Source: an uncultured Burkholderiaceae bacterium (lineage in GTDB: Bacteria; Pseudomonadota; Gammaproteobacteria; Burkholderiales; Burkholderiaceae_C). From it: a stretch of DNA of 64,000 nucleotides. The stretch's first letter is position 1. Every line of letters begins with the position of its first letter. The stretch is from NCBI GenBank assembly GCA_965653625.1, contig CBFHAS010000002.1, positions 2,335 through 66,334 on the forward strand, in the 5' to 3' direction. The position numbers and the translations under genes were made by a program. The notes under the pieces were generated by a model, which worked only from the letters and a program-made list of their open reading frames with translations, had not been told where the DNA came from and made no database searches. Positions 29,711-39,892 of the stretch are shown here, in pieces.

Positions 29711-30052
29711 ATGACCATTCAGGTACAGCAACTCGGCCCCGACCTGTGCGTGGCGCCGCAGCTCACACCCGATGCCATGGCCCCCGCCGCAGAGGCCGGC
29801 TTTAAAAGCATCGTCAACAACCGCCCGGATTTCGAGGGCGGACCCGACCAGCCCACCAGCGCGAGCATCGAGGCCGCAGCTCACACCGCTGGCCTGGCCT
29901 ACGTGCACCAGCCCGTCGCCCCGGGGCACCAGACGCCCGAGGAGGTCGCCCGCTTCGCCGAGCTGCTGGCCACCTTGCCGAAGCCCATTCTTGCGTTCTG
30001 CCGTACCGGCACCCGCTGCGGCAAGCTGTACCGCGCCGCCACGGGCGGCTGA
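29711..30052 (+). CDS. TIGR01244-family sulfur transferase / phosphatase-like protein
   Basis: GFKSIVNNRPDFE; C-x5-R loop AFCRTGTR. Confidence 0.85.
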   Translation: MTIQVQQLGPDLCVAPQLTPDAMAPAAEAGFKSIVNNRPDFEGGPDQPTSASIEAAAHTAGLAYVHQPVAPGHQTPEEVARFAELLATLPKPILAFCRTGTRCGKLYRAATGG

Positions 30053-30277
30053 TTGCCACAAGGGCAGCAACGGCCACTTCTTCGTTCGACGGCGTACTCG
30101 CCGTGAAGCCCCACCGCTTGAAAATCAGTACGCCGAGCCAAGTACGCGGTGGAGCCTTGCGCGGATGCCGGTGAGCCGCTGCTGCCGGGTAGTTCCACGT
30201 AGCTGTAAGACCCGTTGCCCGCAGCCTTGACCTGCGGTCTGATGCTCGCTGACTCATTCACTTCGGAGCCCCATTCC

Positions 30278-30883
30278 GTGTCTTCCCTTCTCACCCTGTC
30301 AAGGCTGATCGACCGCCTGAGTGAGTTCGTCGGGCGATGGCTGGCCTGGCTGGTACTGGCCGCCGTGCTGATCAGCACAGTGAACGCCGTCGTCCGCAAG
30401 CTGTTCAACTTCAGCTCAAACGCCTACCTCGAAATCCAGTGGTACCTGTTCGCCGCCATCTTCCTGCTGGCTGCCGGCTACACCTTGCTGCGCCAGGAGC
30501 ACGTGAAGATCGACGTGATCCTCGGCCGCTTCAGCCGGCGCACCCAGGTCAAGGTTGAAACCTTCGGGCTGGTGGCTTTCCTGATGCCGTTCGTGGTGGT
30601 GGTCATCGCCATGGTGATGCCGCTGGTCATCGACGCCTGGCGTAGCGGCGAGATGTCTTCGAATGCCGGCGGCCTGATCCGCTGGCCCGTGTACGCCATG
30701 GTGCCCATCGGCTTCACGCTGCTGGGCCTGCAGGGGGTGTCGGAAGTCATCAAGCGCGCGGCCTTCCTCATGGGCCTCAGTGAAGACCCGGCGCTCACGT
30801 TCAAGAGCAGGTCCGCCGAGGAGGAGCTGGCCGAGGCGATTCGCGCGCAAGCCGAGCGCGCCGCGCAGGGAGGCAAGGCATGA
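30278..30883 (+). CDS. TRAP transporter small permease (DctQ)
   Basis: 4 TM segments; HVKIDV motif; GTG start inferred. Confidence 0.88.
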   Translation: MSSLLTLSRLIDRLSEFVGRWLAWLVLAAVLISTVNAVVRKLFNFSSNAYLEIQWYLFAAIFLLAAGYTLLRQEHVKIDVILGRFSRRTQVKVETFGLVAFLMPFVVVVIAMVMPLVIDAWRSGEMSSNAGGLIRWPVYAMVPIGFTLLGLQGVSEVIKRAAFLMGLSEDPALTFKSRSAEEELAEAIRAQAERAAQGGKA

Positions 30884-32598
30884 CCGCGTTCATCGTGGCG
30901 AACCTGGCACCGATCATGTTCGCCGGGCTGTTCGTCTTCCTGCTGATGGGCTTCTCGGTGGCCTTCTCGCTGGCCGCCTGCGGGCTGCTGTTCGGCTTCG
31001 TCGGCATCGAGCTCGGTGTCCCGGGCATGGCCTCGCTGATGCAGGCACTGCCGCTGCGCATGTTCGGGATCATGCAAAACGACACACTGCTGGCGATTCC
31101 GTTCTTCACGTTCATGGGCCTCATCCTTGAACGCTCCGGCATGGCGGAGGACCTGCTCGACACCATCGGCCAGCTGTTCGGCCCGTTACGCGGCGGGCTG
31201 GCCTTCGCGGTGATCTTCGTGGGCGCCATGCTGGCCGCAACCACGGGCGTGGTGGCCGCCTCGGTGATTTCCATGGGCCTCATCTCGCTGCCCATCATGC
31301 TGCGTTACGGATACGACCGGCGCGTGGCGAGCGGCGTGATCGCGGCCTCGGGTACGCTAGCGCAGATCATCCCGCCTTCGCTGGTGCTGATCGTCATGGC
31401 CGATCAGCTCGGCCGCAGCGTGGGCGACCTGTACAAAGGTGCTTTCCTGCCGGGCTTCATGCTCACCGGGCTGTATGCCGTTTATGTGCTGCTCATTGCG
31501 TTAATGCGGCCCCAGTGGGTGCCGGCGCTGCCGAAGGAGGCACGCACCATCCGTGAAGACGATGGCTCGGCGGGCCTCGCCTCGCTGGCGTTGCTCACCC
31601 TCGTCTCGGTGGGCAGCGCCGTGGCCTACGCGCAGACGCGGCCGGCGGAGATGGCGACCGACGTGCTCATCGTCATGTCGCTCAGCGTGGGCATCGGCGT
31701 GGCCTTCGCGCTGGCAGTGCTGAACCGCCTGCTGCGGTTGAAGCTGCTGTCGCGCATGGCCGAGCGGGTGACCTTCGTGCTGATCCCGCCGCTGGCGCTC
31801 ATCTTCCTCGTGTTGGGCCCCATCTTTGTGGGCATCGCCACGCCCACCGAGGGGGGCGCCATGGGCGCCTCGGGCGCGCTGGCGATGGCGCTGGTGCGAC
31901 GTCGGCTCACGCTGCCGCTGCTGCGGCAGGCGATGGACACCACGATGAAGCTGTCGTGCTTCGTGTTGTTCATCCTCATCGGCTCCACCGTGTTCAGCCT
32001 GTCGTTCCAGGGCGTGGACGGGCCAAAGTGGGTGGAGCACCTGATGACCAGTTTGCCCGGCGGCCAGCTGGGCTTTCTGATCGTCGTCAACATCCTCATC
32101 TTCCTGCTCGCCTTTTTCCTCGATTTCTTCGAGCTAGCCTTCATCGTGGTGCCACTGTTGGCGCCGGTGGCCGAGAAGCTGGGCATCGACCTGGTGTGGT
32201 TCGGCGTGCTGCTGGCCGTGAACATGCAGACCTCGTTCATGCACCCGCCGTTCGGCTTTGCGCTGTTCTACCTGCGCAGCGTGGCGCCGGGCGAGGATTA
32301 CACCGACAGGGTGACTCGCCAGCCGGTCGCGCGCATCACCACCGGGCAGATCTACTGGGGCGCCGTGCCTTTCGTGCTGATCCAGATCCTCATGGTCGCC
32401 GCGATCATCGTGTTCCCCGGCCTCGTCTCGGGCGGCCTGTCCAAGAAGCAGGAGTTGGACACATCGAAGGTTCGGATCGAAATTCAGGAGCCGGACGCAG
32501 CGCCTGAGATGGATACTGACAAGCTCTTCGGTCCCTCCGACGGGGCGAGTGCACCCGCGCCGAAGGAGGAAGACCCGATGGAGGTGTTCAAGCGCTGA
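30880..32598 (+). CDS. TRAP transporter large permease (DctM)
   Basis: GTLAQIIPPS, TPTEGGA, QTSFMHPPFG. Confidence 0.92.
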   Translation: MTAFIVANLAPIMFAGLFVFLLMGFSVAFSLAACGLLFGFVGIELGVPGMASLMQALPLRMFGIMQNDTLLAIPFFTFMGLILERSGMAEDLLDTIGQLFGPLRGGLAFAVIFVGAMLAATTGVVAASVISMGLISLPIMLRYGYDRRVASGVIAASGTLAQIIPPSLVLIVMADQLGRSVGDLYKGAFLPGFMLTGLYAVYVLLIALMRPQWVPALPKEARTIREDDGSAGLASLALLTLVSVGSAVAYAQTRPAEMATDVLIVMSLSVGIGVAFALAVLNRLLRLKLLSRMAERVTFVLIPPLALIFLVLGPIFVGIATPTEGGAMGASGALAMALVRRRLTLPLLRQAMDTTMKLSCFVLFILIGSTVFSLSFQGVDGPKWVEHLMTSLPGGQLGFLIVVNILIFLLAFFLDFFELAFIVVPLLAPVAEKLGIDLVWFGVLLAVNMQTSFMHPPFGFALFYLRSVAPGEDYTDRVTRQPVARITTGQIYWGAVPFVLIQILMVAAIIVFPGLVSGGLSKKQELDTSKVRIEIQEPDAAPEMDTDKLFGPSDGASAPAPKEEDPMEVFKR

Positions 32599-33805
32599 GC
32601 GCGGGCAGGGCCTGTTCGCAGTCGGCGATGAGGTCGTCGACCGCTTCCAGGCCGACCGAAAAGCGCACCATCCGGCCGCGCCAGCCGCTGCTCGGGCGCA
32701 GCACGGCCAAGTCGTAGGGCACAGCCAGGCTCACGGGCCCAGCCCAGGACCAGCCGATGCGAAACAGCCGCAGCGCATCGACAAAAGCATCGACCTGAGC
32801 TGCGGTGTAGCGCTCTTCGAACACCACCGACACCAGGCAGGCGGCCCCGCGACACAAGCGGTGCCAATGCTCGTGGCCTGGCGATCCTGGCAGCGCGGGA
32901 TGCAGCACCCTCACCGCCTCGGGCCGCCGCGACCACCACTGCGCCAGTGCGCGTGTGGCGCGGTCGTGCGCCTCGTAGCGCACCGGCAGCGAGTGCAGCG
33001 AGCGCAGCACCAGTTCGGCGTCGCTCGCGTTGACGCCGAAGCCGATGCGCATGTGCGCCAGGCTCAGGCACGTGTGCAGCGATTCGTCGCGCGTGGTGAC
33101 CGCGCCCATGAGCAGGTCGCCGCCACCCGAGGGGTACTTGGTCAGCGCCTGCATCGAGATGTCGACCGCCAAGGGTTCGTCTTCCCGCCCCGGGCTGAGG
33201 TCGAAGGGGTTGAAGGCCATACCCGCACCCCAGGTGTTATCGAGCGCGGTGAGCACGCCTTTGTCCCGCGCGAGGCGCACCAGGGCAGGCAGGTCGGGAA
33301 ACTCCAGCGTCACGGAGCCGGGCGCTTCCAGCCACACCAGTCGGGTGGCGGGACCGATGGCCTGGGCCAGCGACTGCACATCCATCGGGTCGTAGAGACG
33401 GTGCGCAATGCCCCAGCGCGCCAGATCATGCCGAGCCAGTTCCTTGCTGGGGTTGTACGCGTTGTCCGGAATGAGCACCTCGTCGCCCGCTTTCAGCAGC
33501 GCCATGTCGACGAGTGCGATCGCGGCCAATCCGCTGGGCAGCAGCAACGTGCGCGTGCCGCCTTCCAGCGTGGCGATGCGCTCCTCAAGCGTAAAGGTGG
33601 TGGGCGTGCCGTGCAGCCCATAGGTGTAGCCGGCCTTGTTCCGCCACTCGCGTGCACGCATCGCCGTGGTGTTGGCGAAGATCACCGTGGATGCCTTGTG
33701 CACGCCGACTTGCGGCGCCTCGAAGCCGGCCGGCGGTCGATAGGGATGGTGGATCAGCGAAGTGCTGAGGGCGGGTGGGGTTCCGTCTGCAGGGCGCTCG
33801 GACAT
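32588..33805 (-). CDS. metC: Cystathionine beta-lyase
   Basis: YGLHGTPT, DNTWGAG, ALTKYPSG, SWAGPVSL. Confidence 0.88.
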   Translation of the reverse strand: MSERPADGTPPALSTSLIHHPYRPPAGFEAPQVGVHKASTVIFANTTAMRAREWRNKAGYTYGLHGTPTTFTLEERIATLEGGTRTLLLPSGLAAIALVDMALLKAGDEVLIPDNAYNPSKELARHDLARWGIAHRLYDPMDVQSLAQAIGPATRLVWLEAPGSVTLEFPDLPALVRLARDKGVLTALDNTWGAGMAFNPFDLSPGREDEPLAVDISMQALTKYPSGGGDLLMGAVTTRDESLHTCLSLAHMRIGFGVNASDAELVLRSLHSLPVRYEAHDRATRALAQWWSRRPEAVRVLHPALPGSPGHEHWHRLCRGAACLVSVVFEERYTAAQVDAFVDALRLFRIGWSWAGPVSLAVPYDLAVLRPSSGWRGRMVRFSVGLEAVDDLIADCEQALPALSA

Positions 33806-33813
33806 GACAGTCC

Positions 33814-35202
33814 TCAGACCGGCAGGCCAACAAGATCATGGCCCTGCGTGCCCACGATCTGGGCGCGCGTGAACTCACCGACCTTCAGCGTCTTCGACGC
33901 CTTGGCAGGCGGCAGCAGCCGGACAGTGCCATCGATCTCGGGCGCATCGGCGTAGGACCGCCCCACCCCGCCCTTGCGGCCCAGCGCGGGCGCGGAATCG
34001 ACCAGCACCTGCATGGTGGCGCCGACACGCTCGCGCAGCTTGGCGGACGAAACCTCCTCGGCCACTGCCATGAAGCGGACGCGCCGCTGCTCACGGATGT
34101 CCGCTGCGAGCATGCCGGGCAGTTCGTTGGCCGTGGCGCCTTCCACCGGCGAATACGCGAAGCAGCCGGCCCGGTCGATGCGCGCTTCGCGCATGAAGGC
34201 CAGCAGGTGCTCGAACTCTTCCTCGGTTTCACCGGGGAAGCCCGCGATGAAGGTGCTTCGCACCACGAGCTGCGGGCAGATCTCCCGCCATCGGGCCAGT
34301 CGCTCGAGGTTGCGCTCGCCGCTGGCGGGGCGCTTCATGCGCTTGAGGACATCGGGATGCGAGTGCTGGAACGGCACGTCGAGGTAGGGCAGCACCCGGC
34401 CGGCGGCCATGAGCGGCAACACCTCGTCAACGTGCGGATAGGGATACACATAGTGCAGCCGCACCCAGGCACCATGCTTCTCAGCCAAGTCGCCGAGCTT
34501 CTCGCACAGGTCGAGCATGCGCGTCTTCACTGGTTTGCCGTCCCAGAAGCCGGTGCGGTACTTCACGTCAACGCCATAGGCGCTGGTGTCCTGGCTGATG
34601 ACCAGAAGTTCTTTCACGCCGGCCTCGAACAGGCGTTGCGCTTCGGCCAGCACATCGCCCACCGGGCGCGACACCAGATCGCCGCGCATGCTGGGGATGA
34701 TGCAGAAGGTGCAACGGTGGTTGCACCCCTCGCTGATCTTCAAGTAGGCATAGTGCCTTGGAGTGAGCTTCACGCCCTGAGAAGGCACGAGGTCAACGAA
34801 GGGATCATGCGGGCGCGGCACGTGCAGGTGAACCGCATCCATGACCTCATGTGTGGCGTGAGGGCCGGTCACGGCGAGCACGCTGGGGTGCATCTGCTGG
34901 ACGAGGTTGCGGCCACCCTCGCCGGTCTTGGCGCCCAGGCATCCGGTCACGATGACCTTGCCGTTCTCGGCCAGCGCCTCGCCGATGGTGTCAAGGCTTT
35001 CCTTGACGGCGTCGTCGATGAAGCCGCACGTGTTGACGATCACCAGGTCGGCGCCGGCGAACGTTTTGGAGGTGTCGTAGCCCTCTGCGCGCAGCTGCGT
35101 GAGGATCAGCTCGGAGTCAGTGAGGGCCTTGGGGCAGCCGAGCGATACGAACCCGATTTTGGGCGCGGCGGGCACGGCAGCCGCCGGGATGTTTTGCGTC
35201 AT
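33814..35202 (-). CDS. rimO: Ribosomal protein S12 methylthiotransferase
   Basis: [18 protein letters not shown], radical [12 protein letters not shown]-terminal TRAM domain. Confidence 0.96.
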   Translation of the reverse strand: MTQNIPAAAVPAAPKIGFVSLGCPKALTDSELILTQLRAEGYDTSKTFAGADLVIVNTCGFIDDAVKESLDTIGEALAENGKVIVTGCLGAKTGEGGRNLVQQMHPSVLAVTGPHATHEVMDAVHLHVPRPHDPFVDLVPSQGVKLTPRHYAYLKISEGCNHRCTFCIIPSMRGDLVSRPVGDVLAEAQRLFEAGVKELLVISQDTSAYGVDVKYRTGFWDGKPVKTRMLDLCEKLGDLAEKHGAWVRLHYVYPYPHVDEVLPLMAAGRVLPYLDVPFQHSHPDVLKRMKRPASGERNLERLARWREICPQLVVRSTFIAGFPGETEEEFEHLLAFMREARIDRAGCFAYSPVEGATANELPGMLAADIREQRRVRFMAVAEEVSSAKLRERVGATMQVLVDSAPALGRKGGVGRSYADAPEIDGTVRLLPPAKASKTLKVGEFTRAQIVGTQGHDLVGLPV

Positions 35203-35246
35203 GGGGATGAATTTTCCCCGATGTCGCACGGCGCCGGCGATTGACC

Positions 35247-35846
35247 TTACGAGGGCCGCTTCGGCGTAATGCCCGGAAGACCCGGGAACAGCGATTCGGC
35301 CTGTTTGGTCATCTGTTCCTGCATCTGCACGAAGAGCTGCTTGCTCTGCTCGAGGTAGTTGCCCATCAGGCCCTGCACCACCGGCGCCTGGCCATTGAGG
35401 AACTGCGTCCACACTTCGGGCGACATGACCTTGGGGTCGTACAGGCCCTTGGACTGGTCGGCCAGCTTGTTCTGGATGTCGGTGAAGGTCTGCAAGTTCT
35501 TCTCAAGGTACGAGCCCATCATCCCCTGCATGGCGTGCCCGTAGAAACGGATGATCTGCGCCAGCATCTGGCTCGAGAACATCGGCATACCGGCCGTCTC
35601 CTCTTCGAGAATGATCTGCAACAGAATGCTTCGCGTGAGGTCGTCTCCGGTCTTCGCGTCGCGCACGACGAAGTCCTGCCCGGTGAGCACCATCTTCTTC
35701 ACATCCGCCAGCGTGATGTAGCTGCTGGTGCGGGTGTCGTACAAACGGCGATTGGGGTACTTCTTGAGGATTCGCGTGCCGGTGTCCTGGACTGCGCGAC
35801 TCTCCGCGGCCGCCTTGGGTTGCGCGGCTCGGCGGGACTGGACCAT
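35247..35846 (-). CDS. phaR: PHA synthesis repressor
   Basis: [12 protein letters not shown]-type motif ([13 protein letters not shown]), [12 protein letters not shown]. Confidence 0.94.
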   Translation of the reverse strand: MVQSRRAAQPKAAAESRAVQDTGTRILKKYPNRRLYDTRTSSYITLADVKKMVLTGQDFVVRDAKTGDDLTRSILLQIILEEETAGMPMFSSQMLAQIIRFYGHAMQGMMGSYLEKNLQTFTDIQNKLADQSKGLYDPKVMSPEVWTQFLNGQAPVVQGLMGNYLEQSKQLFVQMQEQMTKQAESLFPGLPGITPKRPS

Positions 35847-36016
35847 TGAATGCTCCTGAGGTCGGATGGGCAGATGCGACAAACATTCTAGGAGCCGGCG
35901 CTCTGGGGCCGAACAGGGGTAACCCGCCCGCGCAAACTTCTCCACGCCTGGCGTCCATGCCGCTGCGGCCACCGGCGTGGCACGGTGTGCAGGACAGCAC
36001 ACTTAGACTGCCGGGT

Positions 36017-36814
36017 ATGCCCGCCACCGAGTTCTGGCTCGAAGAGATCTGCCGCATCGCGCGCCACGCGGGAGAGGTCGTGATGGCTGTGTACGCGCAC
36101 GATTTCGCGGCGCGGCGCAAGCGCGACGACTCCCCCGTGACCGAGGCGGATGAAGCCGCCGAGGCGCTCATCGTGCCCGCCTTGCAGCAGCTGGCGCCGG
36201 GCCTCTCGGTCGTGGCGGAGGAAGCCGTCTCTGCCGGCCGGGTGCCTGCGATCGGGGCGCGCTTCTGGCTGGTGGATCCACTCGACGGCACGCGCGAGTT
36301 CCTGGCTCGCAACGACGAGTTCACGGTGAACATCGCGCTGGTCGAGCAAGGCGCGCCTGTGATGGGCGTAGTGCATGCCCCGGCCCTGGGCGTGCTCTAC
36401 GCCGGGGGCGCCGGACTCGGCGCCTTCACCGAGGACGCGGCCGGCAGGCGCCCCATCCATTGCCGGCATGAGCCGACTGACGGCGCAACCATTCTGGCCA
36501 GCCGCTCGCATGGCGACCCGGCGGCATTGCAGGCGTTCCTCGCCGGCCACCGGGTAGCCCTGCTGCGCCACATCGGCTCGTCGCTGAAGTTCGGCCTGCT
36601 GGCCGCGGGCGAGGCAGACCTTTATCCCCGCTCCGGCAAAACGATGGAATGGGACATCGCCGCCGGCCATGCGGTGCTCGCCGCAGCCGGCGGCTCGGTG
36701 ACGGATCTCGCCGGCCAACCGATCCGCTACGGCAAGCCCGGCTTCGGCAATCCGCCCTTCGTGGCCCGCGGCTTGGCCAGCATCACGACGGGAGGAAGTC
36801 CACCGGCCACGTGA
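36017..36814 (+). CDS. cysQ: 3'(2'),5'-bisphosphate nucleotidase
   Basis: SPVTEAD, AEE, WLVDPLDGTREF, WDIAAG. Confidence 0.9.
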   Translation: MPATEFWLEEICRIARHAGEVVMAVYAHDFAARRKRDDSPVTEADEAAEALIVPALQQLAPGLSVVAEEAVSAGRVPAIGARFWLVDPLDGTREFLARNDEFTVNIALVEQGAPVMGVVHAPALGVLYAGGAGLGAFTEDAAGRRPIHCRHEPTDGATILASRSHGDPAALQAFLAGHRVALLRHIGSSLKFGLLAAGEADLYPRSGKTMEWDIAAGHAVLAAAGGSVTDLAGQPIRYGKPGFGNPPFVARGLASITTGGSPPAT

Positions 36815-37868
36815 CGACCATTTGATCCACGTCCTTCGTGCCGAAGTCGAACTGCCGGATGCGCGCGAGGAGCTTGGCCTCCAGCTGCGACGCCTTGAGC
36901 TCGCTGGAGACGACGCGGCAGTCGATCACCTGCCCGGCCGGTGAAATCTTCAGCTCCACCACGACCTTGCCTTGCAGCGACGGGTCATCGCGCAGCGCGC
37001 GGTTGTAGATGGCATAGATCGCGCCTTTGTTGCGCTCGAAGACGAGCTTGATTTCCTCGATGGAGCGGGAGACCTTGCCGCTCGAACCCTTGTGTAGCGT
37101 GCCGCCTTTGCCGCCCGGGCCGCCTGCGCCGTCGCCCTTTCCGCCGCCCCCACCGGCGCCACCGCCTCCGCCGCCCCCGGCCACGCCTTCGACCAGGGTG
37201 GTGGCACGGCCAGCGAGACCCCCGCCGCCGGTGTTGCGGCTGTATGCCGCCGTGTTGATGCCGCCGCTGCCGCCCGTTGCATTGGAGGTAATGAGCGAGC
37301 GCACCGGCGCGCCGGCCTCTCGTCCCGATCCCACGCCGACGCCGACTTCGGTACCTACGCCTGGCCCCTGCTTGATGTCCTGCTTCAATTGCACGGCAGC
37401 CGGTGCGCCACGCAGTTCGGCAAGCTGGTCGGCCATGGCGAGAAGGCCCACGCCGGCGGCCCGGCGCCGGGCGCCTTCAATCTCCCCGGGTGGGCGGTTC
37501 GGCAGCGGCCGGCGAGCCTCGGGCACCGGTGCTTCGCGCGAAGGTTGCGTCTTCACCGGCTCGGGCTTGCGGGTCGCGGCGGCCTGTGGTTGCTGCGGCT
37601 GCTTCTGGGCTTCGGACTCGACCTTGGGCTTGGGCGGCGGAGGCGGTGGCGTCTCGCGCTCAAGCACCAGCTTGGCAAGCCGGGGCGGCAGCTCCTGCGG
37701 CTGCGTGCGATCCGACTGGGGCCGGGGCAGCAGCAGGAAGATCAGACACAGCAGCGCACTGGCGCCAAGCACCCCATTGCGGATGCGGCGAAAGCGCGCC
37801 TCGTCCTGCGGCGACACCGCCCACGGCAGCACCGGCGCGCGAAACGACACGGCAAAGGTGGCACTCAT
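36783..37868 (-). CDS. TonB-like protein with AgmX/PglI-type C-terminal domain (GltG-like)
   Basis: Single N-terminal TM, Pro-rich then Gly-rich linker, C-terminal IYAIYNRALRDDPSLQGKVVVELKISPAG...WPVDF. Confidence 0.85.
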   Translation of the reverse strand: MSATFAVSFRAPVLPWAVSPQDEARFRRIRNGVLGASALLCLIFLLLPRPQSDRTQPQELPPRLAKLVLERETPPPPPPKPKVESEAQKQPQQPQAAATRKPEPVKTQPSREAPVPEARRPLPNRPPGEIEGARRRAAGVGLLAMADQLAELRGAPAAVQLKQDIKQGPGVGTEVGVGVGSGREAGAPVRSLITSNATGGSGGINTAAYSRNTGGGGLAGRATTLVEGVAGGGGGGGAGGGGGKGDGAGGPGGKGGTLHKGSSGKVSRSIEEIKLVFERNKGAIYAIYNRALRDDPSLQGKVVVELKISPAGQVIDCRVVSSELKASQLEAKLLARIRQFDFGTKDVDQMVVTWPVDFLPS

Positions 37869-38359
37869 GACGCCAGCTTCCTGGTCACAGCGAAGGACAC
37901 GTCGCTGAAGTTGGCCCGCGCGGCCGTGTACATGACCTTGCGAAGCAGCTGGTAGGGGATGTCCTTGTCACCCATGATGGTCACCGCCTTGGTCTGCGCC
38001 TGGTTTTCGGCGCGGATCACCTTGCGGCCGGCCTGCAGGTCGAGCTCGTCCTTGAGCGGCGCGATGAGGTCGCCCGCCGCGGCCATCACCTCGGACACCG
38101 AGGCGACCTTGCGGCCATCGACCACGATGTCGGTCTGGCTGATCATGACGACCACGGTCTCGCGCGGGCTCTTATCGGAGATCGACTGCGGCAGCTTCAC
38201 CGCCTTGGAACTCGGGAGAAGCTCCACGCCCGAGGCGCTGGACAGCAGGAAGAAGATGAGGATCGTGAAGATGTCGATCAGCGCGACCAGGTTGAGGTCG
38301 ACCGCCGACTGGTTGCGCGCGTGCCGCTCGGCGCGCTTTTGCAGCGGAGTGAGCTTCAT
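37865..38359 (-). CDS. ExbD/TolR-family protein (AglS-like)
   Basis: LNLVALIDIFTILIFFLL TM with conserved Asp; IMGDKDIPY. Confidence 0.88.
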   Translation of the reverse strand: MKLTPLQKRAERHARNQSAVDLNLVALIDIFTILIFFLLSSASGVELLPSSKAVKLPQSISDKSPRETVVVMISQTDIVVDGRKVASVSEVMAAAGDLIAPLKDELDLQAGRKVIRAENQAQTKAVTIMGDKDIPYQLLRKVMYTAARANFSDVSFAVTRKLAS

Positions 38360-38362
38360 GCG

Positions 38363-38857
38363 CTACTTCCTGGCGACGGGCGCGTCGCCGATGGAGATAT
38401 CGGGAAACAGCTCGATTTGCGTGACCTTCGGGCCGTTCACCTGCTGCGTCTCGCGTACCGCGTCCATCACCTGCACCAACACGTCGTAGGGCGTGTCGGG
38501 CTGGGCCAGCACGGTGGCGGCCACAGCCTGCGGAAAGCGGGCTTTCACCTGCTGCATGAGCGCAGACAACGCCTTCACGTCATAGCCGCCGGCGGTGTTG
38601 GGAATGCGCTGGATCAGGCCGCCGATGCGGTCGCCCACCTCCAGCGCATCGGGCCGGATCACGATCTCGAGCTTCAGGTCCTCGACCTTCAGTTGCTCCA
38701 CGGCGCCGGACGACTGGGCCGGCAGTGTGAGGTCGAGCACCGCCAGGCGGGTGAACACCGCCGTCGACAGCAGGAACGGCACGAGCACCACGATCAGGTT
38801 GATGAACGCGGTGACTTCGAGCGCCGCTGCGTGTTTGCGCAGGCGTCTGACACGCAT
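38363..38857 (-). CDS. ExbD/TolR-family protein (AglQ-like; TM Asp replaced by Asn)
   Basis: LEVTAFINLIVVLVPFLL TM; PDTPYDVLVQVMDAVR. Confidence 0.85.
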   Translation of the reverse strand: MRVRRLRKHAAALEVTAFINLIVVLVPFLLSTAVFTRLAVLDLTLPAQSSGAVEQLKVEDLKLEIVIRPDALEVGDRIGGLIQRIPNTAGGYDVKALSALMQQVKARFPQAVAATVLAQPDTPYDVLVQVMDAVRETQQVNGPKVTQIELFPDISIGDAPVARK

Positions 38858-38864
38858 GGTCGGC

Positions 38865-39524
38865 TTACCTGCCGGTGGTGGCGGTGGTCTCGGCCTTCAC
38901 GCGCTGCACCAGGTTCAGGAAGCTGATCTTGGCCGCCTCCAGACCGTCGACGATCTCGCTGGTGCGCGCCTGCAGGAAGGAGTGGATCAGCAGGAACGGA
39001 ATGGCCACCATCAGTGCGAAGGCGGTGTTGTTCATCGCGATGGAGATGGACGCCGAAAGCAGCTCCGCCTTCTCGGCCGGGTTGACCTGAGCCACCGCAG
39101 TGAAGCCCTTGATCAGGCCGATGATGGTGCCCAGCAGGCCCACCAGCGTGATCACGTTGGCAAATGTCGCGATGTAGTGCGTACGCCGCTCCAGTCGGGG
39201 CACGATTTCCATCATGCCCTCCTCCATGGCGGCATCGATGTCCTCGCGTCGGCCGGGGCTCTGCATGCGCGTGAGGCCGTTGGCCACGATCTTGCCGATG
39301 GCCGCGTCCGACTCGGAGGCCATGCCCAGCACCTCCTTGAAACGGCCGTTTTGCAGCATCGGCAGCAGCTTGGCCCACAGCTGCCGGTTCTGCGTGCGCG
39401 CCCGGCGCAGGAAGATGAAGCGCTCGATCGCGATGGCCAGGCCGGTCGACATGATGAGCAGGCTGGGGTAGATGAACAAGCCGCTGTCCTGAAAGAACTT
39501 CACGGCGGTCTGGAAGGCATTCAT
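38865..39524 (-). CDS. MotA/TolQ/ExbB proton channel protein (AglR-like)
   Basis: IAIERF; LVGLLGTIIGLI; ISIAMNNTAFAL. Confidence 0.92.
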   Translation of the reverse strand: MNAFQTAVKFFQDSGLFIYPSLLIMSTGLAIAIERFIFLRRARTQNRQLWAKLLPMLQNGRFKEVLGMASESDAAIGKIVANGLTRMQSPGRREDIDAAMEEGMMEIVPRLERRTHYIATFANVITLVGLLGTIIGLIKGFTAVAQVNPAEKAELLSASISIAMNNTAFALMVAIPFLLIHSFLQARTSEIVDGLEAAKISFLNLVQRVKAETTATTGR

Positions 39525-39586
39525 CGCTCACTCTTCTCCAATGACAAGAACTGCTGATTCAAAACACGCTTGCTCGGGACACACAT

Positions 39587-39892
39587 TCACTTGGGCGCAG
39601 GCGCGGGTGGCGCGCCCTGCGTGGCGGGCACGCGCACCAGGGCGTCGTACTGGATCCGGCGGCGAAACACGTCGCGGTCCACGGGCGCCAGCGTCTCATC
39701 GAGCACGCTGTCCACCGGGCGCCCGGCGAGCCCGCCAGGCAGCGGCTTTTTCCACGGCACGATGTAGAGCACCTTCGGCAATTCGCGATTGCCGATGATC
39801 TGCGTGCGATCGATGTCGGCGCGATCCTGGGCCCAGGCCGGGGCGGCCGGCATGAGGGCCGTGAACAGCAGTGCAAGCACGGCGTGCCTCAT
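39587..39892 (-). CDS. Small secreted protein (positional GltF/CglF equivalent)
   Basis: Signal peptide (APAWA); IIGNRELPKVLYIVPWK motif; ATGA-coupled. Confidence 0.7.
   Translation of the reverse strand: MRHAVLALLFTALMPAAPAWAQDRADIDRTQIIGNRELPKVLYIVPWKKPLPGGLAGRPVDSVLDETLAPVDRDVFRRRIQYDALVRVPATQGAPPAPAPK

Noticed and set aside
13021-36814. Apparent sulfur theme (TauE, TIGR01244, metC, cysQ)
   Set aside because: The genes are scattered, on different strands and in different transcription units; no evidence of a pathway cluster.
37080-37270. GCC/CCG-rich low-complexity repeats
   Set aside because: They encode the Gly-rich linker of the TonB-like protein; not a CRISPR array or VNTR.
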